This document shows positions 35,201 through 48,218 of a stretch of 64,000 bases of DNA, in pieces. The stretch lies in the NCBI RefSeq assembly GCF_000143415.4, contig NW_003314281.1, positions 856,833 through 920,832 on the forward strand. Direction: 5' to 3'. A program made the position numbers and the translations under genes. Within the stretch, counting starts at the first letter, position 1, and every line of letters starts with the position of its first letter. Origin of the DNA: Selaginella moellendorffii (lineage: Eukaryota; Plantae; Lycopodiophyta). The notes beneath the pieces were generated by a model. It did no database searches and had not been told where the DNA came from. It saw only the letters and a program-made list of their open reading frames with translations.

Positions 35201-38200
35201 ATATGCCAACATGAAAAAACTCATGTAGGTCTAATGACACAATCCTCCGCAACACCATCCAGTAAAGCAAGCCCATCACTGCTAAATCATCATCGAGCAA
35301 AGCAAGTGTCAACAGTCCTTGACGAAGTCTATAAGGAATCACTAGTCACAAAGCAACTAATAATCACTCCTCAACTTGCTTTCACAAGACCCAAACACCA
35401 ACTCTTGTTATCAAGTTATATACTTGTCCAATATGAACGTGATACCCTAGGTACGAGATAAAAGTTCATAGACAAGCACAAACTAAATGACCACTCAAAT
35501 CCAACTCAACCGCAATAAACTCACCAATGCATTTAGCCAACAGCTCTGAGCATGCCTTTTGAAGAGGCTAGCTATACGATCAACACTCAGTCGAAACTAA
35601 AGTGAAGACCATAAGATGGACTCATATCGGTACACAACCTCCTCATAGACAAAGCTATAATACGGGTACCAACATCTCAACCTCAAACAACTAAGTTGGA
35701 CATCACCATCCTCAACCAAGGCGCAGGGCCACCAAGACCAAGTCAAGATCAGTAAGAGCTCACTACTCTCATAGAGTCTTAAAAAAATGCAAGGTGTAAC
35801 CTGCCACCGAGCATAATGTTACAAAAGAAAGGCATAAGAGTCATCCTTCTTAGAAAAGCACAACGGCCACTTTTCTACATCAACTTCAGACTCTATCTAA
35901 CTTGATTGCCTTAGCCCCAAAAGTCAGCATCCCTTTTGGGCCGCATCATACAAACTACCTACTAAGATTTAAACCAACCGAAGTCAACTCCAACCTCTTC
36001 ACTAGTTTGTATTGGCTTACGAAAACGGAATGGTTTTCGGTAAAGTGACCAACAAATCAGCCATTGGAGAAGTTTAAGAAAATTTGTGGAAAATTTCCCA
36101 TCCTAGAGAAAGAATGACTCTCAGTCCAGGATTGCAAACTTTCAAGACTCAACCAACTTCCTCCTACCAACAACTTCACATAAGCTCACCTCAACACAGA
36201 TTCTTATGACCCAATAGCATGCTTAAGCATCAAACAACTTTACCCATCTAATCGATATCCAACACCGACATCCGCAAAGTGCAAAATGAACATCTAAGGC
36301 TTGATCACGAAGACCACATCTTCGGATATCCGCATTGCACTAACACTCTTTTTCAATCACCTTCAAGATCCAATGTGAAGCCAAAACACTAACAAGAAAA
36401 ATGACATAGAGAATCAAGGGCCAAGGAAAACTTCCTCATCACTCGAAATAACAATGCCACTTCCACTAACACAAGTGCTAGCAATGTCAATGCCTCAACT
36501 ACACATCTTCTCCATCTAACAATCTACTCCAAGTGTTAACGGGTCAACCGACAAGCCATAGCAAGTGAATGCTATAATCCTTTTCCAACACCTAATGGGC
36601 AAACTCAAAGAAACAAGGTACCAACATAAACTTAGCATAATGGACCATCACCGAGAATCTAGTCAAAGCTACTACAATGCTACTTCGTGCAAGTAGACTA
36701 GCTTCACTATCAAGCACTTTGGGGTTGATCATCATTTAACCAAACAACTTCGTAAACATATTGCTCATTATCACATAGATATGATATAAATATCACAATG
36801 ATTTGATCATCAATTGAGTAACGCAATGAGCAATGCCTATGTTACTTCAAACGTTTATGTGAGTATCAAATGCTAACTCGATTGAACAAAATGCAACATA
36901 AATGCCACACTCCACCAATAGAGGTTTACAACACCCAACACCACTAACTTTTGTTCACAACACAGACAAGCTCATGCCACTCTCTTTCCGACCAATCTCA
37001 AAACTAATCTAACACCAAGCTACTCAAGGAGCAATAGCAAGATTCCCTGGAAAAGAATTGAGCATTGCAACCTAAGTCTTCCAATAGCGAGCCTAGACAA
37101 AATGGTTTAGTGTTTCACCACTATCCACCCCATAACTCACCACTTGTAAGACCATCACTTCCAACATGCATCAAGGTAGGGACTCTTGATTGCATAATGT
37201 GAACACAAGCAATGAGTTAACACCTCATTGCAAATCATCTCTCCAAGAAGAGAAAATGATTTACGTATTTGATCCTCCGTCCCCGATGACTCTCTTTTCG
37301 GTCTCATCTTTGACCAAACCTCAAGCTTGCTTTCGCACTGCCTTCAGTTCAATCGAAGAAAAGTTTATGAGAGAGCACGGCAATGATTACTTGAACCAAT
37401 AGACTATTCCCTACAGTCTTGATTGATCCACTTATAATCATGCCTAGGAAGGATCCACTAGTGCCGTGCTAAACAGCTACGGACCAGCCTATTTGCCACT
37501 CATAGCAAACCCAAGGAAAGTTACTCATGGAACCATTGATAGGCTAACATTAATCCTGCCAACTCAAAGAGTAACCTCGAGTTGCTAATGTGCCTCACTC
37601 ACGAGCCCAAGCGCAAACTCGTGTAAACGGAACAACTCACATAATTTGGAACAAAACGGTAACCAAATCCATACCCAAGGAACAAATGCAAAGCCTTTGC
37701 ACCCAAACGTGTACCCACTCAAATCATCGTTTTCATCTCTGCGTATGCAACGAGACTAGTTGCCCAATCTCATTGGATAGTATCGCTGAGACTCATCCTC
37801 TAATACCAAATGTAGTGCACGTGGTTTTTACCCTTTATCCTATGGTGATTTACCATAGGATAACACCACGAAGCGGACCCTAAACCCTCTTTGTGCCACG
37901 TGACAGATGCCACATGTCACATGCCACGTGTCCAAAGGAACGTGGTGTGGAACACAAGGTTCAGGGCCTTGGGCCACTGAACGAAGGAACGGTGCCAAAC
38001 TCCCAAGTGTGGAGCTAAGAAGTGATAGAACCGAACCACAGAGCAATTCTCGAGCATATAGCCCAAGGAGCAAAGGGACAGGAGCCCAGAGCGACTTGGA
38101 ATAGTTCTAGAGCAACCAGCATCCCAATGCCAGGACCAGCATGCAAAATGGAGCCAAATGGAGTCTGGCGCTATTTCGGCATACCGGTGGCCTAACGTGA

Positions 38201-38959
38201 GGACATCGGTACTCCACCAGCTAGCATGGAATGGAACTAGGGCTTAGACCCAAGCCAGACACAAAACAAGGACAGGCACACAAGCGGGAGCTAGACTATG
38301 CCTCAGGTTAGTTGGCCATGCCCGACCTACCCACTATCCCTACTATACATTTGGAACCCCCCATAGCCCCCCCCCCCCCCCCCTTGAGGAACACACGCTT
38401 TGGGCTTTCACCCCAAGCCTCCCTTAGTATCAGGAGTTAGTCTCTGGGACAAGCTCGAAACTTACTAAATATGGAATGTCCTTAGATTGCGAATTTGGAC
38501 ACAAGACGAACACCATTGTGTTCAGGCTGATCTCTACATTCCATAGATATGCCAAATGAGCAAATCTGGACACTTTCCATAAGTAGCATTTGGGACCGAA
38601 ATGAGACCAACACAAAGGCATGATAGCGAGGGTGTTTGGCAGACACGGTAAGCTATCATCCAGTGATATTGAGGGACCAATCTCAATACGCGAGGGTTCT
38701 TGTCAAGCCAGTGCAAGACAGAGCAAAAGAGAACTAAAAGCCAGGCCGAGTATGCTCAGCTAGAAACACATAAGAGTTCCTACCTTATGTCCATCTGGCT
38801 AAATACAGGTGTTAAGCCCAGTAAACTAACACTTGAACAAGAGGGGCTAATAAAGGGAACCAGCAATATCGACCTCCTGCCATCGCGGTAGTAAGGTAAG
38901 AGTGTCCATAAGGACTAGCCGACAGGTAACTTTCGATACCCGAAGTCACATTCGCGATA
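32295..38959 (-). mobile_element. Non-coding (LARD-like) LTR retroelement C: 5' LTR 37811-38959, 3' LTR remnant 32295-32891
   Basis: Highly similar direct repeats 32316-32891 and 38385-38959. tRNA-iMet-type PBS (cctctaatacca, 37797-37808) and PPT (ctctcccccccctt-like) at 32892. The 4.9-kb interior is strongly A/C-skewed with no recognisable gag/pol ORF. Confidence 0.82.
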
Positions 38960-38968
38960 GATACTAAA

Positions 38969-39152
38969 TGTAAGTTCCTGAATTTGGACTTTCTGATAAG
39001 TCATCTAGCCTACTACTACTCAAACCCAAAGATATTTAACCCACAAAACTATTAATTGATTGAAAAAGAGAGTGCACTCTTATTTATAAGCCCTTTCCCT
39101 ATATTTAAACCTTATGGATTGTCTTTCAAATTATTCTCTTTAATTGTTTACA
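38969..39152 (-). mobile_element. Decayed LTR of the TRIM family seen at 46045-46640, with PBS remnant
   Basis: TGTAAG...TTACA, colinear with 46447-46640. Preceded by gatactaaa (cf. gataccaaa). Confidence 0.7.
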
Positions 39153-40173
39153 ACATCATGTGGTAGACTTAATTTTCATTCTTTATGGCAATGGCCATAT
39201 ACACGCATGTGCATGAGATGAGACAAATCTAGTTATGCATATGGGTGATCTCGAGCTTGAGTTGCAATCATTGCAAGTGATGCCAAATCAAACTTTTGAC
39301 CTCATCTTTAGTATAAATTGTGTAATGATGCCAAATGATGTTAAATGTGATTTTAAGGCTTTTCCCCTTGTCTCGTACTTCCTTATATTTATTCTATTCT
39401 CTTCACTTTTGGTCTTCTTTGTTTTTCTATTTCTACTTCCATCACTTTTGTTTCCTCATTACTACCTTTTAAATTTCTATCTTATTGTTTTATTCCTTCT
39501 TTAGATGCATTTGATGGTTTTTGTGTTGCAACAGTTGACTAGCTTATAAAGGAGTGTGTTGATTTTTATGAATTTGAAGGGCTAAGATTGCAACATATCA
39601 TTCTATTCTCACTAGAGATGTTCGTTCAATCAAAAAATTTATTTGTTGTATAAAGGAGATCAAAATTTTATACACAAACATCAAGAAGATGTTAAAGTAA
39701 AGTGTTATCATAAACTTATAGAGTCCTTAAACATCTGAACCTCATCTTATCACAAAGATTGATAAGAGTATTCATCTTTTGCATCAATTATTGGCCATTA
39801 AATGAAGTGACTATCCTAAATGTATATTCTCTTCCTCACACTATTAATCTTCTGAATTATTTAGGGAAGAAATATCTGGATCAGCCGTTAAATAAAACGA
39901 CTATTTTAAATGTGTATCCTCTTCCTCATACTATTGATCTTTTGGATCATCTAGGGAAGAATCATTAATTCACCTAGTTAAATTTTGTTTTTATATATTA
40001 ACAAGTGCCGATGGCCGAAAATGATATTCCCAAGATTTTTTTGCATATAGTATTTGGTTTGTATGAATTCTTCGTGATGCTATTCGAGTTGAATAATGCT
40101 CTAATGACTTTCTACTAGATAATGGATGAGGCTTTTTATGATATGTCAAAAGTACAACTGATTTCATTGATGA

Positions 40174-40253
40174 TGTATATACATATATATACATATATAT
40201 ATATATATATGTATATGTATGTATGTGTGTATGTATATATGTGTGTATGTATG

Positions 40254-40322
<69 letters not shown>

Positions 40323-40381
40323 GTATATATATATATGTATATATATATATGTGTATATATATATATGTGTATATATATATA

Positions 40382-40442
<61 letters not shown>

Positions 40443-40563
40443 ATATATATATATATATATGTATGTATATATATATATGTATGTATGTATATATATATAT
40501 GTATGTATATATATATATATGTATATATATATATACACACACATATATATATATATATATATA
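40174..40563. repeat. (TA)n/(TG) compound microsatellite, ~390 bp
   Basis: Direct reading. Confidence 0.97.
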
Positions 40564-41548
40564 ACTGCCAGTCTTTGTTTTGCCTTGACCTGCTCCAACT
40601 AACTTGCACCTGTGCTCTGGGAACACGGGCACACTGCTCCTAATCAGTTTTCCTCCCAACAGCACAAGGATCAAGAGAAGAAATGCTAGTAAAAAGGTAC
40701 AATCGATTCGTCTTTCCACAACAGCGACATTGGAACCGAACACAAGTATTAACACCTTTTGTTCTAGATCTGTGAGAGAAAGAGCCAGTGTAGAATTGTT
40801 GGGGAGACATAGCTCATTGCCAGACACTTGCATTGATGTTGAGATCGAGGTCTAGAAACATATGCACACCCTAAGGCTTATGACTCAAATTCTTAAACTG
40901 TGGTGCTCCAGCTGAGTGTGATCCATCTTAGATTCCATGCCACAGTGGCCACCTTGCTTGTGGAACATGATGATCGTGGCATACGCCCACAGTGGCGAGA
41001 AATATCTTTCCCTGCATTACCACCAAGATCGAGAGGCAAATTGGAGCAGAGGGCAAGGAAGACACAACTGGCCAGAGGAAACCTGAAGTGAGCAGAAACC
41101 CCAGCCCAAGCAGTGCCATGTGCTGATTGGCCAGCAAGATTTTTGCAAAGGCAAACTGAGGTGAGAAGTTTTGCTCCGCCATCAGTCCGGCTGTAAAAGG
41201 AAATTTATCCCTCACTTGTGCTGCTCAGCAGAACTGGGAAACTTCGCCGCTAGGAGCTGTGGTAAGAAAACCAATCCCCCGCAAGGGGAGAGGATGGAAG
41301 CTTTGCGGTTGCGTGCGTGGGCGGAGGAAGAAAAACAGGTGTCATGCAAAAGTTTTCCAAAGTAAGACAACGATATTTACCGAGTTATCTGGCAGCGCTG
41401 ATTGGCCAGATCTAGCTGCCACAAAGTTCGCAAGACATGCCCAGGGGGTCAGCTGTCACAAGTCCTTCCTCTCTCCCACCAGCCACTGGCAACCCAGGCT
41501 GTGCTGCATTTTCATTGGCCGAGGAACATCATCAACATGTTTCCCATG

Positions 41549-42691
41549 TCAACCAGAACTCGCGATTTGGGAAACTGTATATATTGTGGAGATTATAGAT
41601 TTTATTTCCGTATTATTAATAAGAGAATATACTAGAATGGTTTGATATCCATTTACGGTGGCCATGGGATGGAGCAGCCAAGTTCCACTGAAAATCTCCC
41701 CAGTCAGCAGCGGATTACCATAGCCATGGTAACGGCCAGTTACGTACGACCACACGAGGCTCCCGGAAGCAACCATTGGGAACTCCCTTGCGAACTTCAT
41801 CAGCTCCGAGTCACTATGTTCTTTGCTGGAAATCTTCCTCTGCAAGGCCAGGATTGAGAGCTCTTTTTCTTGTATCATCTCGCAGAGCTGATCAATTGCA
41901 TCCTGGAACCTCGTCCCTCTGGGGCTGTGCTGCAGGAGAACTGAGATCCAGTTGTGGTGACAAGCACCTTCATAGAACTCTTTCCTGAAGGACAAGAGAT
42001 CATTGACAAGAACAACGTGATCAGACACAGAATTGAGGAGCTCTCGAAAGACTGGAGACTGGATTTGACTTTCGTTGAGGCGGATTCCCATACAGAACTC
42101 GGTCATGATACCCCCGACAGCTTCCATGAATCCAGTGGCACGGCGGGCAAGCTTGTATTCTTCCACTCCAGGGATACTCTTCTCGACTCGGTGGTGAACT
42201 TGATCCTTCACGGCTTCCAGTGAAGCTCCCAGGCACTCCACATAGCGATCCAGCAATGGTGGCTCCATACCAGCCCGGATCTCTTCCATAACTTCTCGGT
42301 AGAGAACCAGCACAGGATTTGTGACATCCTCGTTGGAATTTCCACTGGCAAGGTTGAAGATGGTGGCGTTGAGCTTTGGCATCTCTTGGGTGCCGCTGGA
42401 TTCCAGCAAATCGTCAAGGAGGAAGACGGCCCAGAGATGTTTCCCGGCCAGCACAATCTTCTCTCTCTCAGCATGGGGATGCATCATACAGGCGTACAAA
42501 CCGATCCTGGACTCCAACACCTTCTTCTTGGAAGTCTCGTCGGTGATTCTCATCTTGGCAAGGAACCACTCGTCGATTTGGAGGCTGATTGATTGGAATT
42601 CCGGGTGGCAATAAAATGCAATGTTGTTGGGAAGCAATGGAAGCTCGAAATGGGTGACACCCGAAATTCTGGAAACTAGAATATCTTCCAT
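41549..42691 (-). CDS. MTPSL: Microbial terpene synthase-like protein (class I terpene cyclase), 380 aa, with a deletion-derived C-terminus
   Basis: Intronless ORF with DDLLE, NDLLSFRKE (NSE/DTE) and RY motifs. Close paralog of 54931-56037. Confidence 0.93.
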   Translation of the reverse strand: MEDILVSRISGVTHFELPLLPNNIAFYCHPEFQSISLQIDEWFLAKMRITDETSKKKVLESRIGLYACMMHPHAEREKIVLAGKHLWAVFLLDDLLESSGTQEMPKLNATIFNLASGNSNEDVTNPVLVLYREVMEEIRAGMEPPLLDRYVECLGASLEAVKDQVHHRVEKSIPGVEEYKLARRATGFMEAVGGIMTEFCMGIRLNESQIQSPVFRELLNSVSDHVVLVNDLLSFRKEFYEGACHHNWISVLLQHSPRGTRFQDAIDQLCEMIQEKELSILALQRKISSKEHSDSELMKFAREFPMVASGSLVWSYVTGRYHGYGNPLLTGEIFSGTWLLHPMATVNGYQTILVYSLINNTEIKSIISTIYTVSQIASSG

Positions 42692-44077
42692 ATTTTCTTC
42701 TTAGAAAAGAGAATGCTTACACAGATGCCTGGGTTTTGAGTCCTTGCTTATAAACTGGATCTTGTGGCTATCACGTTTTCAACATTCAAACTTTTAAAAG
42801 TGGCGTAGTACTAAACGGTGACTAGTAGGTGGAAGGCGTGCCTCCCACGCCTTCCTGTGTCCTTGGGGGGGGGGGGGGGTAATTTTCACACGGGGTATAT
42901 CCCACTTAATCCAGTGAAACCCAATTTGATATGAACTAAATGTTCATTATTCACTATTATGATAGCATATATGCGCACATTCATTTTCATACTTCGTTTT
43001 GAAATTTTGGGGCTGTCCAAATGTGAACTAAATGTCCTTGTAGGTTAATACATGAACTTAACTATTGAGCATTACATGCACATATTCATTTTCATACTTC
43101 CTTTTGAAATTTTGGGACATTATATTTTAAATGTTACTGAAACTTTAATGTCACTTTCAAGCTCATTAGGGTAGGGTTTTGTGAGAATCAGCTTCTCTGG
43201 TTAGTGAAATGGATATGATAATGACAATTTAAATCTCACATTATGATTGACCATGGGTTGGTTTTCCATTTAAGGATATTAATCCAAGAAAAAGTAAAGA
43301 TTGAATCCTTTGTTTCTAGGCTTTTCATCTACTTCTTTTTGGTGTGGTTAGGATATTGCATATTGCAAGGAACCCAAAATCTCCACACAAACAACTATAA
43401 AAGGATAAATTATAGGTATCTAGTATGGGAAAATCCAGATCTTTCACTTTTGCAAGTTTTTAATTTTTATAAAATATTTTTCTTCTTCTTAAAATATGTA
43501 TAGATTGACAAAATCAGAAGGGTATTGCTTGCACGAATCTACTCAGAAACAAGATAGATACAAAACTTAATGTCCTATATTTTAACTTAACGTCACCAGT
43601 ATATGAACTAAATATCATGTAATATTTTAATGTAATGTCAACAAGTTGGAACCTTCTATGTTTAGCTTTCACACTATGTCTACTTAAGAAGAATTTAAAT
43701 TCTCTTTTGCCTCAAAAATGAGTGTTAAACAATGCAGTAGATAATTGCATCAAATTGAGCATATTCAAAACCAGCTTCATAAAGGAAGTGCAAAATATGA
43801 ATAGGTTATATTATTAGGGTTTTTTTAATTTTTAAAAGGTAAAGTTTTTTTAATTTTTTGATCATTTTAATTTGTTTTGCAACAATCATTAGTCTGTGGT
43901 TGTTTATACTTTTCTAAACAGAAAGAATAGAGGAACTATTCTCTATTTTAATCCTATGATCCTACTCTATGGCCAACATTCTATTGTGCAATAATGGTCA
44001 ATTATATTAAATGGACACCACCTATTTATTTAAAAAAAAGATTAAAAGGGGTGCATAAGAAAAGACCATTTCTCACT

Positions 44078-44426
44078 AATTTATAAATATCTCTTCTTTG
44101 ATCCTTGTCATGTATTTCTTAGTAATACTTGCCAACACTGCCATTGTGTTGAGGACTAAAGACCCACCAACTAAGTCCCATTGACCATTGGGGCTTCCTC
44201 ACCGTATTAGAATTACATCGTTCATATACTAGTGACAAGATATATAGATAGAATAGAGACATATATACATATATATGTATATATGTATATATACATATAT
44301 ACATATATACATATATATGTATATATGTCTCTATTGGTGGGTCTTTAGTCCTCAACACAATAGCAGTGTTGGCAAGTATTACTAAGAAATACATGACAAG
44401 GATCAAAGAAGAGATATTTATAAATT
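44078..44426. repeat. 93-bp inverted repeat (arms 44078-44170 and 44334-44426); MITE/foldback-like
   Basis: Arms are reverse complements with about 1 mismatch. The spacer includes (TA)n, and (CA)n follows. Confidence 0.9.
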
Positions 44427-44466
<40 letters not shown>

Positions 44467-46044
44467 AAGAATATCAATTCAAATTTAATAATTATTTTAA
44501 AAAAATTATAATGTCTCCATATATTGCATTGTATACTTTATACAATAAGTATTATTAGTCTTAATAATCCTACATATCACAATAAAAAGTAAAAATATAG
44601 AATTAATGCAAAGTTTCTCATAATTGAATGGTATTACTAGAGAATATGAATAAATTTCAAGCATTAAGATTTTAAAAAGATTAATAAAAATTAAATAAAT
44701 AATAATTATTAATATAACACTAATATAGACCTAGAAAAAGTCAAAGAATAGTTATTAAGATTAACTGTTATTAACATTTTAAATATAAGCATACATATAT
44801 TTACATTTATATGTTTTTGGTTGGGGTGGTAATGGATATACCTAAAATATGCTTGGATATTCTAGGATATTCTACCATATAATGGTTGTTATTTATTTAG
44901 ACTAATCTTGTATTCATAATTTATAAATATGTTTTTGGAACATTTTGGTATCTATAGAATATATGTTTTTGTTTAAATATGAAAACAACTTGTAACAATA
45001 TCAAAAGTAAACTCAACTCTGTTGTTAGTATTGGATCATGACTATATAAGAGTTTATATAGTGAAGTGTAAGCCACAAATTTTTCCTTTCCAATTTGCTA
45101 GTTTACCTCGTCTATCCGACCAACTCTACCTTGGCTTGTGCTAAGTTCCCTCGCCAAGGTTCCCGCCTATGGTACCAGCTCCTACTTGGTTTCAGCTACT
45201 CATTGCACGAGCAACGAAGTGTTAGCCATCCATCTACGGATACCCCAAATCTTTCCCAATCCCCCTCCCTAGGTTAGACTGGACTTAAGGTTCGGCTACA
45301 CTCCCTACAGGCACAAGCAGCCAAGCACACCAAGCCTCCAGATTCCTAACACCCCTTGGTACCACAAAACTTGATCATGGGACCCTCTAAATCCCAAGTC
45401 TTGGGTGTAGCACTTGCTTTGGGACGTCGGGGCAAAACACCGTGGCCTAACGGCCCGGTATGGGTACCTCTACCCCCCCACTTCCATCCTGAAGGGAAGG
45501 CCCAAGCCCCTAGGAAGGGCGAGGACCAATGAGCCACAAGGTACTCAAGTGGGGCACCACTCCACATGAGCCGGGAGCACCGCAGTCGGTTTCCCTTTCG
45601 GGAGTGGGAGTTGTTCTTGAGCACTTCCCTGGGTGGCCCCTCCAGCACCACTCAAGCCCATGCTCACTCCCACCCAAGGCCCCTCGGCCCCAATCTCAAC
45701 CTCAAGTCAGTTTGGAAGCACCACTAGAGAGTTCCTTCAAGACTGGTTCCTGGACCTCACTATCCCTACTATACTTTTGGAACCCCCTGCAGCCCACAGT
45801 AGTATTTGGACTTAGTCTCTGGCTCGATCTCAGACCCGATTTCGGATTCGGTCTCGGACTTGATCTCGGACCCAATCTTGGACCCGACCTCGGACTCGAC
45901 CTCGGACTCGGTCTCGGACCCGATTTCGGATCTTGGACTCCGTCTCGAACTTGGTCTCGAACTCGGACTCGAACTCGGTCCCCGAGTCGGTCTCGGACTC
46001 GATCTTCGACTTGGTCCCATCCGATGAACTCTTTGTTATTTTGG

Positions 46045-46640
46045 TGTAAGCTCCTGAGTTTAGACTTCCTGGGAGGTCACTCAGCCCAGTACTATTCAAA
46101 CCCAAGGACGCTTAACCCCAAATATCCCAAGACCCTTAACCGATTGGAAAAGGGGGTGCACTCTTATTCATGGGCCCTTTCCCTCTATATTTGAACCCCT
46201 ATGGATCATCTTTTGAGTCGTTCCCTTTGGTTGCTTACAATCCACCACGCTTCCCTGCAAGTTCACGCCCTCGTGAATGGAAGCTGAGAGCCGCAGCTCT
46301 CCCGAGAACCCCGCTCTCTTGACACCCTACCCCTCAGGTTGAGCCCAGCGGGAGCAAACTAGACCAGCCAGATGTCAATCAACATGTGGTGCGATTCCCC
46401 TAGCCAACCAACAGAGTCGGACCCGAAACCTAGCTCTGATACCAAATGTAAGGTCCTGAGTTTGGACTTCCCGGGAGGTCACCCAGCCCAGTACTATTCA
46501 AACCCAAGGACATTTAACCCCAAATATCCCAAGACCCTTAACCGATTGGAAAAGGGGGTGCATTCTTGTTCATGGGCCCTTTCCCTCTATATTTAAACCC
46601 CATGGATTGTCTCTCGAGTTGTTCTCTTTGGTTGCTTACA
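46045..46640 (-). mobile_element. Complete TRIM (596 bp) nested in the Gypsy 3' LTR
   Basis: LTRs 46045-46239 and 46447-46640 (TGTAAG...CTTACA). PBS tggtatcagagc at 46444-46433. PPT next to 46240. TSD TTTGG at 46040-46044 and 46641-46645. Absent from the 5' LTR. Confidence 0.93.
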
Positions 46641-48218
46641 TTTGGTCATGCGTTTGGGGTTCCTTTAGCTTATGACACCTCGGCGAGTTGGTTCCTTACA
46701 ACTCCACCACCCATAGAAGAAGTTCGATGCCCGCATCGAACATCTCGTTTTATCCTACGACTTGTTGACCATGTCTCCGGGGGCATCCCCCCACTTAGCG
46801 GTGTGCCTAAGTTAGCCTCCCCGGCCAAGAGCCCATGACAACGGAATATAGGTGTCCCTATACCCCTCACCTCACCACGCCCTAGTATAGGGTCGGGACT
46901 TGAACCCAGCCTTGCTTTACTAGGGGGTTGGGACTCGAACCCAACCACCGTAGAATACGTCTATGGATTCGACATCCCTGCGTGGAGTCGGGCGTAGTGC
47001 CCTACGCCTGATCGATCTATCCAACCCATGCTAATTAGCTTACCTTCGGCGCGCCTTCAGGTCCCAACATATGCCACTTGCTCAACTTTGCAAATTGATA
47101 TTTTTAATTGAACTTTGCATAAGTACATAGAGTTCTGCCTTGCAGAAATTCCTCCACTAGATCTCGCGCATAAAATGTGCCATTTTTGAAAATCGGTCCA
47201 CCACCACGAATATCGCATCAAACCCCTCGCTTGGGGGGAGTCCCGTGATGAAGTCCATCGTAAGACATTTCCACGGACGATCTGGAATTGGGATGCTTTG
47301 CAACAAGCCCCCACTAGCCTTAGTCACGGCTTTTACCTGCTGACATGTTGGACATGTCTTACATAGTCTTGGACGTCCTTAGCCATATCTGGCCAATGGT
47401 ACTTCCTCTTGAGTAAGCCTATCGTCTTGGGCACTCCGCCGTGTCCCACAAGAGGTCCGTCATGACACTTTTCTAAGGCCACCTTCCTTAGTTCCCCTTT
47501 TGGAACATACACCCTCGTTTGCTTGTAATAGATGAGTCCGTTGCGTTCCGCATAGCCCGTTTTCTCTTCCGTTGGTAGCTCACCTCTCTGGTGAGCTTCC
47601 CGTGCCTCTAGATTCCTCAGCAACACTTCTTGTGCTAGACCATCGTTCTCATATGTTGTCCGCACATCGTCCCAGAAGGTTGCTGTTGCGCTGGATATTG
47701 CCAACCTCAAGCTCGCTTTTCGACTTAGCACATCTGCCACGATGTTGCTCTTCCCAGGCTTGTACAGAATCTCGCAATCAAACTCGGCCAAGGCATTGGC
47801 CCACCGACCTTGTTTCCCTCTCAGGTCGGGCTGTGACAAGAAGTGTTTCGTTGCCACATTGTCTGTAAACCTTGAAGTGTCTCCCAAGGTAGTGTTGCCA
47901 CTCCTTGAGTGCCTTGACCACCACAAACAATTCCTTCTCGTGGGCAAGCCACTTCCGTTGAGCCTTGTCCAACTTCTTCGAGAAGAACGCTACCGGATGG
48001 TTGTCTTGCTTCAAAACTGCACCCAACGCAAAGTCCGAAGCATCCGTTTCTACCTCAGAGTCCTTACCAAAGTCTGGTAATGCCAATACGGGAGCCTTCC
48101 TCAACTTCCCTTTGAGGTGGACGAATGCCGCCTCGCATTCCGCTATCCACACCATCTTCCCTTTTCCTATTTGGTCCGTTAAGGGTAGGGCTACTCTCGA
48201 ATAGTGTTTGATAAACTT

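Noticed and set aside
39991-40833. ORFs rich in YIYI/ICIY
   Set aside because: Artefacts of the (TA)n microsatellite.
46045-46640. Cassandra (5S rRNA-containing) TRIM
   Set aside because: No recognisable 5S rRNA A/C-box segment in the ~195-bp LTRs.
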